A stretch of DNA of 32,000 bases, from positions 55,911-87,910 of the forward strand of contig NZ_VMQO03000001.1 in assembly GCF_009805595.3 (NCBI RefSeq), given 5' to 3'. The stretch comes from Candidatus Tremblayella phenacoccinincola. GTDB lineage: Bacteria > Pseudomonadota > Gammaproteobacteria > Burkholderiales > Burkholderiaceae. The notes under the pieces were generated by a model. The model searched no databases and was not told the DNA's origin. It worked only from the letters and a program-made list of their open reading frames with translations. Below are positions 8,269-19,240 of this stretch, piece by piece. The position numbers and the translations under genes were made by a program. Numbering within the stretch: the first letter of the stretch is position 1; every line of letters begins with the position of its first letter.

Positions 8269-9234
8269 ATGTTAACGCAGTCTATAAAAGAAATGTATAG
8301 CATATACAAAAGCAGTTCAAAAACAATAGGAAATACTCCTATAATATATCTAAATAATATAGGGGATAAAACCATATTAGCTAAAATAGAATCAAAAAAC
8401 CCTAGCTTCAGTATAAAGTGCCGAATTGGAATGAATATGCTTTTAGAACTAAAACAAAATAATATTCTTAAAAGCCCTATCAAAATAATGGAACCAACTA
8501 GCGGTAATACTGGAATTGCTTTAGCCTATATAGCTGCTGTATACAACTATGACTTAGTTCTAATAATGCCTGAAACAATGAGCATAGAGAGACAAAAGCT
8601 ATTAAAGTCATTAGGTGTTAAATTAATATTAACAGCTGGCATAAAAGGAATGAAAGGCACTATAAATAAAACTAAAAAGCTTATTAAAAAACACCCAAAA
8701 AGATATTTGATATTAGATCAGTTTAATAATCCAGCTAACTTTAAAACACATGAAACAACAACAGGCTTTGAAATATGGAAAAGCACTAAGGGAAAAATAG
8801 ATATCATTATTTCTGGAGTAGGAACTGGAGGCACAATAACCGGAATAAGTCGCTATTTTAAAAAGCTAAAAGGAAAGGCTATTTCTATTGTAGCTGTAGA
8901 ACCATTAGAATCTCCAATAATAAGTCAAACAATAACATATAAACAAGTTAAACCTAACCAACACGAAATACAAGGAATAGGTGCTGGGTTTTATCCAAAT
9001 AATCTAGACATCCATTATATAAATAAAGTAATTAAAGTATCAGGTAAACAAGCTATATTTAACACCCGTTTATTAATTAGTAAAGAAGGAATAATCTCTG
9101 GTATTTCATCAGGGGCTGTAACAGCAGCCGCAATAATAATACATGATAAACAAACCATAAAAAGAAAAGCTATTATTATATTACCATCTTCTGGAGAAAG
9201 ATATATGAGTACAAAGCTTTTTAATAACTACTAA
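8269..9234 (+). CDS. cysK: cysteine synthase A (O-acetylserine sulfhydrylase)
   Basis: GNTPIIYLN, NPSFSIKCRIG (PLP lysine), EPTSGNTGIALA and GVGTGGTITG are hallmark CysK motifs. Confidence 0.9.
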   Translation: MLTQSIKEMYSIYKSSSKTIGNTPIIYLNNIGDKTILAKIESKNPSFSIKCRIGMNMLLELKQNNILKSPIKIMEPTSGNTGIALAYIAAVYNYDLVLIMPETMSIERQKLLKSLGVKLILTAGIKGMKGTINKTKKLIKKHPKRYLILDQFNNPANFKTHETTTGFEIWKSTKGKIDIIISGVGTGGTITGISRYFKKLKGKAISIVAVEPLESPIISQTITYKQVKPNQHEIQGIGAGFYPNNLDIHYINKVIKVSGKQAIFNTRLLISKEGIISGISSGAVTAAAIIIHDKQTIKRKAIIILPSSGERYMSTKLFNNY

Positions 9235-10235
9235 TATAAAACAATAGAAACTAATAAAGACTTAATAGTATACAATCTATTTTCAGCCTGTCCAAATACT
9301 AAGCTATAAAAAGAATAAAATGCTTCATTAGTTACCTCCATTCCATATATAAAGCTATATGTATTTTGGATATGTTTGCCTATAATAGTTTTATTATCAT
9401 GAAAAGCAGGTAAGCAATGTAAGAACTTAACGTTAATGTTTTTAGTCCTTAATAAAAGCAATATATTAACTTGATAGTTACGTATATAAAATACTCTTCT
9501 TTTCCATAACCTTTTACTTTCACCCATAGAAACCCAAACATCAGTATATATGAAGTTAATGCTATTAATTCCTACTCTAGAATCTTCTGTAAGTAAAACA
9601 TTACCTCCAGCTTTTTGGGAAAGTAACTGGCACTTGCATATAAAAGACTTCAGGGGCCAAATAGTTCTCAAAGATAATAAATATATAGTTAACCCAGTTA
9701 ATAATGAAGCTTCTAATAAAGAGCTACATATATTATTACGAACATCACCTACATATACGAGTCTAACTTTACTATAGATATAATAGTTATAATATTCTTT
9801 TATAGTTAATAAGTCTGCTAATAATTGTGTTGGGTGAAAGCTATCAGTTAACCCATTTAAAACAGGAACTATAGAATGCTTAGCTAATACTTTAATAGCT
9901 TTATGTTTATGACCTCGATATTCAATAGCATCATATATACGACTAAGAAAACAAGCAGAGTCTTTTATCGATTCTTTATGTCCTATTTGATTTCCAAAAG
10001 GACCTAAATAAGTAATATTAGCACCATAATCAAAAGAAGCTACTTCAAAAGAACATCGAGTACGAGTAGAATCTTTTTCAAATATTAAAACAACCTTTTT
10101 ATCATAGAGATGCTTTTCTCTTTTTACTATGGTTTTATCTTTTTTAAAATAACAAGATAACCTTAATAAATAAGTTAACTCTAAAAAAGATAAGTCACTT
10201 AGCTTTAATAAACAGCTATCTTTTAAACTAAACAT
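9231..10235 (-). CDS. argF: ornithine carbamoyltransferase
   Basis: LIFEKDSTRTRCSFEVA, HPTQLLADL, DVWVSMGE and FLHCLPAFHD match. It is collinear with my memory of E. coli ArgI. The likely start is the ATG at 10235 (MFSLKD...). The listed ORF start 10256 is an upstream extension through the poly-G tract. Confidence 0.9.
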   Translation of the reverse strand: MFSLKDSCLLKLSDLSFLELTYLLRLSCYFKKDKTIVKREKHLYDKKVVLIFEKDSTRTRCSFEVASFDYGANITYLGPFGNQIGHKESIKDSACFLSRIYDAIEYRGHKHKAIKVLAKHSIVPVLNGLTDSFHPTQLLADLLTIKEYYNYYIYSKVRLVYVGDVRNNICSSLLEASLLTGLTIYLLSLRTIWPLKSFICKCQLLSQKAGGNVLLTEDSRVGINSINFIYTDVWVSMGESKRLWKRRVFYIRNYQVNILLLLRTKNINVKFLHCLPAFHDNKTIIGKHIQNTYSFIYGMEVTNEAFYSFYSLVFGQAENRLYTIKSLLVSIVLY

Positions 10236-10304
10236 GGTTTCCCCCCCCTCCCCCAAAAAGAATAGTTTATTTAGCAGCTAATATATATGTTGGAATAATG
10301 GTTT

Positions 10305-11027
10305 ATGGCAGGTCATAGCAAATGGTCTAACACCAAACATCGAAAAGCTATAAAAGATATCAAAAAAGGAAAAAGGTTTACAAAGTTAATAAAAGAGCTT
10401 GCTAATGAAGTTTCTAATGGTTCTAATGGAATTTCCATAAACAATAATCAAAGAATAAAAACAATAGTAAACAAAGCAGTATCAAATAATATACCAAAAA
10501 AAACAATAGCTAAAACTATAATACGTAATACTAATATCTATAATGAAAAGCTACTAAAGAACCTAAAAGCCTCAGTCTATGAAAACTATGGTCCAGGAAA
10601 AGTTGTAATAATAATATGCTCTTACAATAATAATGAAAAAGCTACTAAAGAACCTAAACCATATAATAAAAGCTATGCTGAAAACTATGCAGGAGATCTT
10701 TTAGCTACTACCTATAATTATCTGTATAAAGGAATAATAGCATTACCCTTAAAACCTATTCATGAAGTAATACCCATAGCAATAGAATCTAAAGCTGAAG
10801 ATATTATAATATATAAAACCCATATAGGATTCTATACTAACTTAAAGCTATTTAATAAAACAAAAGAATATATAAAAGCTAAAAAGATTAGCATATTAGA
10901 ATCAAATATAATAATAACACCCTTAGCTAACATAAGAATAAATAAAGAAGATAAGTCCAAGTTGGTATTTCTTATTAAGAACATTATAAAAGCCCAATAT
11001 AGAGTAATTCATAATGCTAAGTTCTAG
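10305..11027 (+). CDS. yebC: YebC/PmpR-family protein
   Basis: The MAGHSKWSNTKHRKAIKDIKKGKRFTKLIKEL N-terminus is diagnostic of the YebC family. Confidence 0.85.
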   Translation: MAGHSKWSNTKHRKAIKDIKKGKRFTKLIKELANEVSNGSNGISINNNQRIKTIVNKAVSNNIPKKTIAKTIIRNTNIYNEKLLKNLKASVYENYGPGKVVIIICSYNNNEKATKEPKPYNKSYAENYAGDLLATTYNYLYKGIIALPLKPIHEVIPIAIESKAEDIIIYKTHIGFYTNLKLFNKTKEYIKAKKISILESNIIITPLANIRINKEDKSKLVFLIKNIIKAQYRVIHNAKF

Positions 11028-11074
11028 CTAAGCTGTCCATATCCATAAACCTAACCTAAAAGGAGATAACCTAA

Positions 11075-11602
11075 ATGAATGCTAAAGACCTTAAAGAGGA
11101 AGTATCTAAAGCTAAACCAACAACTAATGAAGAAGAAAAGATAAGGAAGTTAGAAGAGGAGCTAAACAACATAAAAGCCCAAGAAAAAGATAATATGCTG
11201 CGTATAAAAGCGGAGTTGGAAAATGTTAGAAAGCGTACTAAAAAAGATATTGAAAAAGCACATAAGCTTGCTCTAGAAGCCTTTACTGCTGACTTACTAC
11301 CAGCTCTTGATAACTTAGAACGAGCCCTAGCTACTATAGATAGGTCTAATCAAGAGCTAAAAGCAACTATGGAAGGCATAGAGTTAACATTAAAAGCATT
11401 ATTAGATATCACTCAAAGGTTTGGTATAAATGTAATTGATGAAGCAAATGTAGCTTTTAATCCAAATATACATCAAGCAATGTGTGTATTAGATTCAGCT
11501 GAAAGCATGTCTAATAAGGTTATTACAGTACTTCAAAAAGGGTATACTCTAAACGGAAAGCTAATACGTCCGGCAATGGTAACTGTATCTAAAGGAAAAT
11601 AG
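11075..11602 (+). CDS. grpE: nucleotide exchange factor GrpE
   Basis: RIKAELENVRKRTKKDIEKAHKLALE...MEGIELTLK...NPNIHQAM...LQKGYTLNGKLIRPAMVTVSK is close to E. coli GrpE. AAAGGAGA sits 8 nt upstream of the start. Confidence 0.92.
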   Translation: MNAKDLKEEVSKAKPTTNEEEKIRKLEEELNNIKAQEKDNMLRIKAELENVRKRTKKDIEKAHKLALEAFTADLLPALDNLERALATIDRSNQELKATMEGIELTLKALLDITQRFGINVIDEANVAFNPNIHQAMCVLDSAESMSNKVITVLQKGYTLNGKLIRPAMVTVSKGK

Positions 11603-11637
11603 ATGTCTGGTTCTTCTGCTATATTAATCTCTATTAA

Positions 11638-13389
<1,752 letters not shown>

Positions 13390-13422
13390 TTGGGGGGGGG
13401 AGGGGAGGAGCTGTTAGTTTAA

Positions 13423-13505
13423 GATGAGGTGTCCGAGTGGTTTAAGGAGTATGTTTGGAAGACATATATACGTATGTATCGAGGGTTCGAATCCCTCTCT
13501 CATCG
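13423..13505 (+). tRNA. tRNA-Ser (anticodon GGA), long variable arm
   Basis: GATGAGGTGTCCGAGTGGTTTAAGGAGTATGTTTGGAAGACATATATACGTATGTATCGAGGGTTCGAATCCCTCTCTCATCG. Acceptor GATGAGG/TCTCATC, anticodon loop TTGGAAG, variable stem ATAC/GTAT, T-arm GAGGG-TTCGAAT-CCCTC. Confidence 0.85.
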
Positions 13506-13508
13506 GAT

Positions 13509-13531
13509 GCATCCGTAGCTCAGTTGGTTAG
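13509..13531 (+). pseudogene. 5' fragment (acceptor plus D-arm) of a tRNA-Arg(ACG)-like gene
   Basis: GCATCCGTAGCTCAGTTGGTTAG matches the first ~23 nt of E. coli argV-type tRNA (GCATCCGTAGCTCAGCTGGATAG). I could find no anticodon arm, T-arm or 3' acceptor downstream. Confidence 0.45.
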
Positions 13532-13636
13532 GTAGGATTGGTAGCTTCATCTTTCACTAATCATGAACATCTATATTGGGGGGGAACTACGCATTAACCG
13601 CTATGTATTCGTATGGGCTTCTCAGGTTTATAATAA

Positions 13637-14620
13637 ATGAGCTATAAGATCCCCTTAAACAAAACATTCCATCTGCCACATGCACATCCACACGGCATAG
13701 CAACAATAATGAACCACAACCTCAAGCTTCTTTTAGTTAAAGAAGTCCAGGAAAACCAAAGGATAGAAAGCTTTCTATCTTCAACACTAGGCGTCAGAAC
13801 TGCTAGAAGTTGGACGCATAAGAACCTGAGAACAGGTAGAGTAGGAATTAACAATAACAAAGTTAAAGTAGGCCATCGTATCAAAGCTGGAGACTGCATA
13901 GCTATTCAACAACCTAACTTAAACCTAAATAATACCTTAACAAACGAAACGCACCAACTGTGTATTATATTTGAGGACGAGTTCATAATAGCTGTTGAAA
14001 AAGATAACAATATTCCAGTGCATAAAGGAAAAACCTGCGCAGTCGTTAGTTTAATAGATTCGATACAGAAGAACAATAACAACAGTTCCATAAAGCTAGC
14101 ACATAGAATAGATCAACGTACGTCAGGCACAGTGATATTAGCAAAAACTAAACCAGCGTTGCTTAGCCTTCAAAGGCAGTTCGTAAAAAGCCAGGTGTTC
14201 AAGAAATACTATGCTAGTGTTGCAGGTTCCTGGTCTGATAAATGGACACAGATACAAGATATTAGAGCGCCCTTAACAAAAGAGCTAGACTCGTATACCA
14301 AGAAGGTTTTAGTCCATCGTTCAGGTTTTCCAGCGCATTCAATAATTCAATGCCTGAAAGTATGGAGAAGATACGCTTTACTTATCGTAAACCTAGAAAC
14401 AGGACGTACTCATCAAATTAGAATTCATTGTAGTCATTTGGGGTTTCCAGTTCTTGGAGATATTCGGTATGGTCGCCAACCTTTCTCAAGAACCAGGCTA
14501 ATGTTACATTCCACTGTTCTTTCGTTTAAACACCCAATATTAGGTTCAAGACTAAAGCTTCTTTCACCACCTCCTTTAAATTACACATTGTTTTTAAGAA
14601 CCCTAAACCTAAGGAATTAG
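13637..14620 (+). CDS. rluC: 23S rRNA pseudouridine synthase, RluA family (RluC-like)
   Basis: An S4-like N-terminus (QRIESFLSS...RTGRVGINNNKVKVGHRIKAGD), the catalytic region HRIDQRTSGTVILAK, and GRTHQIRIHCSHLGFPVLGDIRYG. The start may be an internal Met. Confidence 0.78.
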   Translation: MSYKIPLNKTFHLPHAHPHGIATIMNHNLKLLLVKEVQENQRIESFLSSTLGVRTARSWTHKNLRTGRVGINNNKVKVGHRIKAGDCIAIQQPNLNLNNTLTNETHQLCIIFEDEFIIAVEKDNNIPVHKGKTCAVVSLIDSIQKNNNNSSIKLAHRIDQRTSGTVILAKTKPALLSLQRQFVKSQVFKKYYASVAGSWSDKWTQIQDIRAPLTKELDSYTKKVLVHRSGFPAHSIIQCLKVWRRYALLIVNLETGRTHQIRIHCSHLGFPVLGDIRYGRQPFSRTRLMLHSTVLSFKHPILGSRLKLLSPPPLNYTLFLRTLNLRN

Positions 14621-14622
14621 CT

Positions 14623-14772
14623 ATGGCCGTACAAAAGAAAAAGAAGTCTCCATCTAAAAGAAATATGAAACGGCTTCAAAAGAAATGTAAACACCCCACA
14701 GTTTCTACTGCCAATAACTCCAAGACTCACTTACGTCACTACAGCTCCTCAGGTCTCTACAGATACAAATAG
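14623..14772 (+). CDS. rpmF: 50S ribosomal protein L32
   Basis: My translation is MAVQKKKKSPSKRNMKRLQKKCKHPTVSTANNSKTHLRHYSSSGLYRYK*. Compare E. coli MAVQQNKPTRSKRGMRRSH...HLRHH..DGYYRG. It is below the ORF-track size cut-off. Confidence 0.85.
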   Translation: MAVQKKKKSPSKRNMKRLQKKCKHPTVSTANNSKTHLRHYSSSGLYRYK

Positions 14773-14871
14773 CACTAGCATAAACTACTCCTAAAGCTGT
14801 GCATTTAACAAAAAGCGAACCGAGGTCATCCAACCTTTTCTCATCTTTTAACCTTAACATAGAGCATAGAG

Positions 14872-15888
14872 ATGTACAACGGATTCCTTAAAAGTACTAC
14901 CATCATTATAGAACATAATCATTCAACGTTCTGCTTTCCTTCAATGTACAAGCTTGGTAAAACATACGGAACTCTCATTAACTTCCTACCTTCCTTTCTA
15001 CAAGTGTCTTTAGTTTCAATACTAACCCTAAGCATTGGAAAAAGCCTCAACAACAAACACATCAGCCACTTAATACGATGGTTTCCTCTTTCTAGGAAAT
15101 ATACAAAGATCCCATTCGTTCACTCTAAAGTAACTATTCAAGATCTGTCTGGAGTTCCGTTATCTGCTTTCATTACTAATGCTACAACAAAAGTAAAACA
15201 ACTAAATGAAGTTAACATTCTTAGTAGGTCACATTCCTTATACTCAAGCTCTAATCCTAAAACTAACCATAAGTCTGTATCTATTCTATCTTGGAATATT
15301 AGACCCGAACATACAACAAAACACTCACGCAACAAAAAGCTTAATAACATACAGCTACTCTGTTCAGATTCAGAAATCGGTTCTAACGGATGTTCTACCA
15401 ATAACAATGGCATAGGCTTCAGTAGTTGGAGAACAAACAGCTTAGGTTCAGAAGCTAGTATGTTCATGTTAGAACAACCAACCAACCAACTAACCAACTC
15501 CAACCCTCACTTCACAGGCTACGTCGGAATGGAATTAGTTGGTAAAACCCAAAGTAACAGCTCATCAGTAGAACTAGCGTTAACAATTGCTGAGTCTTTA
15601 AGGAAAGCTAATCCATCTGGAAACATAGTAGAGCTCATTGGTAAAGAATCACATTGGTTAACACTCCAAGATAGGTTTATTGCCTCAGGATTAGTGTTGG
15701 AATATGGGACTTTATTTGGGGTTTTTGCCTTCAACAACAAAGCGTTTAACTACATACTGAACGCTGGTAAAGATAAAGATGAACCACTAGCACTAGCAAA
15801 GATTCTAAAAGCTCAGAGGTTATTTGGAGTTCCTGAAAGAAATGGCATACTATGTAGCAACCCTTTAACCGTAAATCTAAGCTGGTAA
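14872..15888 (+). pseudogene. acnA: N-terminal ~340 codons of aconitate hydratase A; degenerate, lacks the Fe-S ligand domains
   Basis: It is collinear with AcnA residues ~20-365. VTIQDLSGVPLSAF aligns with VLMQDFTGVPAVVDL. GSEASMFMLEQP aligns with GIEAEAAMLGQP. YVGMELVGK...VELALTIAESLRKANPSGNIVELIG aligns with [47 protein letters not shown] aligns with EYGATCGFFPID. AKILKAQRLF aligns with EKYAKAQGMW. DSHTTM is degraded to DSEIGS. The ORF stops where it collides with the trpG 3' end. Confidence 0.7.
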
Positions 15889-16467
15889 GAGCTTTTGATG
15901 TACACCAAAGACAAAGCTTCTCACCAACTGTTCTCCATGTTGCGAATATATGGATTCTGGGTGAAACTGCATGCCTTCTATTGGTAGCACTTTGTGTTTT
16001 ATTCCCATTATTTCTCCAGTTGGGGTCCATGCTGTAATAACTAAGGAGTCAGGTACAGAGCTTTTATCTATAACAAGTGAGTGATATCTAATAGCGTAGA
16101 AACCCTGGGTCACATTACTAAATATTCCTTTATTGCTGTGGTATATTTTACTAAGCTTCCCGTGCATTATGTTCTTGGATTTTAATACTACGCTACCAAA
16201 AGAAACTCCTATTAGCTGATGTCCTAAACAGATTCCCAAAAGTGGAATAACAGTATGTAACTGATTGAAAAGCTTCTTAACTGTTCTGAGATTTGATGGA
16301 GAACCTGGGCCTGGAGAAAAGCAAACGACAGTAGGATTCATTGCTAATAAGTCTCTGAAAGAAACCTCATTATTCCTAACCACACTGACAGCTTCTCCTA
16401 TTCTTCTGAAACAGGAAACCAAATTGAATGTAAATGAGTCTTGGTTATCTATCACTACTATCGTCAT
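15877..16467 (-). CDS. trpG: anthranilate synthase component II (glutamine amidotransferase), stand-alone
   Basis: VVIDNQDSFTFNL, SPGPG, GICLGHQ (catalytic Cys) and QFHPES. There is an ATGA start/stop overlap with trpE. Confidence 0.92.
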   Translation of the reverse strand: MTIVVIDNQDSFTFNLVSCFRRIGEAVSVVRNNEVSFRDLLAMNPTVVCFSPGPGSPSNLRTVKKLFNQLHTVIPLLGICLGHQLIGVSFGSVVLKSKNIMHGKLSKIYHSNKGIFSNVTQGFYAIRYHSLVIDKSSVPDSLVITAWTPTGEIMGIKHKVLPIEGMQFHPESIYSQHGEQLVRSFVFGVHQKLLPA

Positions 16468-17936
16468 ATATGGATAGTGCTTCCCCCTGCTATTTTATTA
16501 ATACAGCTTAGAATAGCAACCACTTTGTTTTCAGTTTCCTTAACTTCACCCACTGGCTTTGAATGAAATACTATTCCAGCCGCAGATTGTAGATAGGTTC
16601 GCTGTTTGTGGATAAGGCTTGTTCTTATGGTTATAGCAGTTTCGATGTCATTGGTTGAAATGTATCCGATTGTCCCTCCATAAAAGCTTCGCTTCATTGG
16701 TTCGAGCTTATCAATTATATCCATAGCTTTTAGTTTTGGGGTTCCTGTGACAGTACCAGCAGGAAAAGCAATCTTTAGTATATCCATGGTTGAGTTACGG
16801 TTTATCTTGCTTTTAACGGTGCTAACGATATGTTGAACGTGCGAGTATTTCTCAATGCTCATTAGATTAAAACAATATACGGAGTCATAAGTAGAAGCTA
16901 TGCCTAATTCGTTCCTTGCTAAATCAACCAGCATTACATGCTCAGCTATTTCTTTTAGATCACTTCTTAGCATAGCTTCAAACCTTAAGTCTTCGTTAAC
17001 AGTCCTTCCTCTAGGTCGGGTTCCGGCTATAGGTTTGATAATTGTAAGGTAACCTTGTCTTTGAGTTGTTTGTTTAATCTGTATTTCAGGGGAGATACCT
17101 AGTACATCGAAGAAGCCATATCTTAACAAGAACATATACGGCGAAGGGTTAATTGCCTTCAAGCTCTTGAAGAACTGTAAGACATCAAACCTGGCTTGTT
17201 TAACAAACCTTCTGCTAACTTGTACTTGCATTAGTTTACCTTTATGTATGTATGTAACAGCCTTTGTTACTAAACCTAAATACTTCGTACGTACAAGGGT
17301 AGTGAAACCTTTCTTGGCTATACGCTTAAGAAATATTAGAGTTCTTGATGGTGTTACATATATTATTTTAACGACACACCTCAGCTTCCTAAGGTTTAAA
17401 AAGTACTGACTAGAAAATAGACCACAGTTGCTTTTCAGTTGTATTGATGTTTGATAAGTTAATACAAGAGCTTTTGTTAAATACATCATTACATCAGGCA
17501 CACCGATTGAATCTTTTTTATTAAATAGGTCTGTACGCTTCCTAAAATATCTAAACAGGTCGTATCCAAAGTAACCAAAGCATCCAAAGTCAGATACAAA
17601 ATGGCCGTGTTTAGTACTTTTGATATTGGTGTTAATAAGGTTGTTTTTCAGAAATGCATGAGGTTCTCCAAAAGACTTTCTAACGAGCTTATTAAGGAAA
17701 TAAAGACTGTTTGTGGTTTCACGGTGTTCAATTGTTACCCTGTTGAAAACTCCAATGAATGAACGGGCGTGTTTAACTTCAAATATATAGCTATTGGCAT
17801 CACTAAAAGAAATGCTGGTTCTACAATAGGTTTTTAGTAAACTCATGCTATATCCTGTTACAATTCCTAACATCGGGATGCAATAATGACCCGCTGTTAC
17901 AGCCTTTTCTCTATCTACTACGAAATAGTTCAACAT
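16464..17936 (-). CDS. trpE: anthranilate synthase component I
   Basis: [36 protein letters not shown] and the [16 protein letters not shown]...SFYGGTIGY chorismate-binding signature. Confidence 0.92.
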   Translation of the reverse strand: MLNYFVVDREKAVTAGHYCIPMLGIVTGYSMSLLKTYCRTSISFSDANSYIFEVKHARSFIGVFNRVTIEHRETTNSLYFLNKLVRKSFGEPHAFLKNNLINTNIKSTKHGHFVSDFGCFGYFGYDLFRYFRKRTDLFNKKDSIGVPDVMMYLTKALVLTYQTSIQLKSNCGLFSSQYFLNLRKLRCVVKIIYVTPSRTLIFLKRIAKKGFTTLVRTKYLGLVTKAVTYIHKGKLMQVQVSRRFVKQARFDVLQFFKSLKAINPSPYMFLLRYGFFDVLGISPEIQIKQTTQRQGYLTIIKPIAGTRPRGRTVNEDLRFEAMLRSDLKEIAEHVMLVDLARNELGIASTYDSVYCFNLMSIEKYSHVQHIVSTVKSKINRNSTMDILKIAFPAGTVTGTPKLKAMDIIDKLEPMKRSFYGGTIGYISTNDIETAITIRTSLIHKQRTYLQSAAGIVFHSKPVGEVKETENKVVAILSCINKIAGGSTIHI

Positions 17937-18037
17937 TTGTTAAGATATTAGGTTAACATACTTCCTATCTGTAGCATAGCTAATAAAACTCCGTCTTTTA
18001 TTGGTTGTTCTTCTATAGGTATTCTCAGTCTAAGCAA

Positions 18038-18102
18038 GCCAGTAGTAAAAGCCAGTAGTAAAAGCCAGTAGTAAAAGCCAGTAGTAAAAGCCAGTAGTAA
18101 CA
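18038..18102. repeat. 13-bp tandem array, 5 units (gccagtagtaaaa x4 plus gccagtagtaaca)
   Basis: Read directly. It lies in the divergent trpE/thrB spacer. Confidence 0.95.
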
Positions 18103-18230
18103 TACTCTCCTATTCTTTAACACTATGGTTGTCTACATATTAACAACAATAACCCCGGAAAGGGAGGTTGGTGCAATGATAAATACCTGGGAAAACCCTA
18201 AGGAAAGCTTCAAGGTTTGTTAATGCCTAT

Positions 18231-19229
18231 ATGACAGTCTTTACTAGAGTGCCAAATGCTGTATTAACAGGCTGGTCTAATAAATATATGCTGGGTGCAT
18301 TGGAGAAGCTAACAGAAACTAAACTCGGAACTGAGAACAGCAACTTCTTTTTAACAACCGTACTGCGGAACCTAATTGTTACAATCTTTGAGAATGTGGA
18401 GAACCATGAACTACCTTTTTACTTGTGCTTTATGTATTTCTTGTCAGTTAACGGTGTCCCCGCTCCCATATTGAATAGCAATGTAGAAGAAATACCAGTT
18501 GTTCAGTGGAATGGTAAGCCAGTAGCAATAACTTTAAAGCTCATTGGAATTACTCAAGAAGAACCGGGGAACCCACATATGCTAGAAACAGGAAGAGCAT
18601 TAGCAACTTTGCACCACATTAGTAAAAAGCATACATTCTTCAATGCTCGAGCTTACAGTATTAGCTGGGTTAAAGATAAGATCTCCAGTTATGCATGCAT
18701 TGTTCCCTTTGGTAAAAGATATGTGTTTGAGTATAGGGCTTCAATGCAGTTGTTTTACTTCTTAGCGGTTGGCTATAAAAGGTTGGATGATGGAGCTTGT
18801 CATGGAGATCTATTTAAAGATAATGTGACCTTTGAACAGCTGTTTCATATGCATAGTCAGAGGCTAAGCGGATGTTTTGATTTCTATTTCTCAGGACAAG
18901 AAAAGCTGTTGGTTGATGTAGCCATAGCTTTAAACACTTGGTGTACATGTAGTAATGGAATTCTAAATGTGTACGATACTGTAAAGTTAATGCACTCATA
19001 CCAAGTTATTAAACCTCTGAAGCTCAGAGAAAAAAAGAAGCTGTTGGTTACGTTAGAAGTGATGGCCTTTAGGTTTTGGCTTTCAAGGGTTGGAGGCTTC
19101 TATAGGAAAAAGATAACAGATGCAATGAACCCATACGATCCTGACTGCTTTAGGTTTAGGTTTAGGTTAACAGCTAGAGAATTGTATTTGAAGTGTTATG
19201 GGAGTGTTTACCAAGATGGTTCATCATAG
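18231..19229 (+). CDS. thrB: homoserine kinase, type II (aminoglycoside-phosphotransferase/kinase fold)
   Basis: MTVFTRV...LGTENSNFFL, HGDLFKDNV and FRFWLSR match the Pseudomonas/betaproteobacterial ThrB type, not the GHMP-type enteric ThrB. Confidence 0.85.
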   Translation: MTVFTRVPNAVLTGWSNKYMLGALEKLTETKLGTENSNFFLTTVLRNLIVTIFENVENHELPFYLCFMYFLSVNGVPAPILNSNVEEIPVVQWNGKPVAITLKLIGITQEEPGNPHMLETGRALATLHHISKKHTFFNARAYSISWVKDKISSYACIVPFGKRYVFEYRASMQLFYFLAVGYKRLDDGACHGDLFKDNVTFEQLFHMHSQRLSGCFDFYFSGQEKLLVDVAIALNTWCTCSNGILNVYDTVKLMHSYQVIKPLKLREKKKLLVTLEVMAFRFWLSRVGGFYRKKITDAMNPYDPDCFRFRFRLTARELYLKCYGSVYQDGSS

Positions 19230-19240
19230 TATTGATGGCT

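Noticed and set aside
16607-16615. A perfect DnaA-box 9-mer, tgtggataa (the reverse complement of TTATCCACA). An 8/9 match also occurs near 26900.
   Set aside because: These are single isolated boxes inside the trpE and sucA coding sequences, with no cluster or adjacent AT-rich unwinding element. They are most likely chance matches.
17937-18230. A classical trp attenuator in the trpE leader.
   Set aside because: There is only one Trp codon in the uORF. I could find no alternative terminator/antiterminator hairpins or U-tract. I kept only the weaker uORF-coupling idea as a finding.
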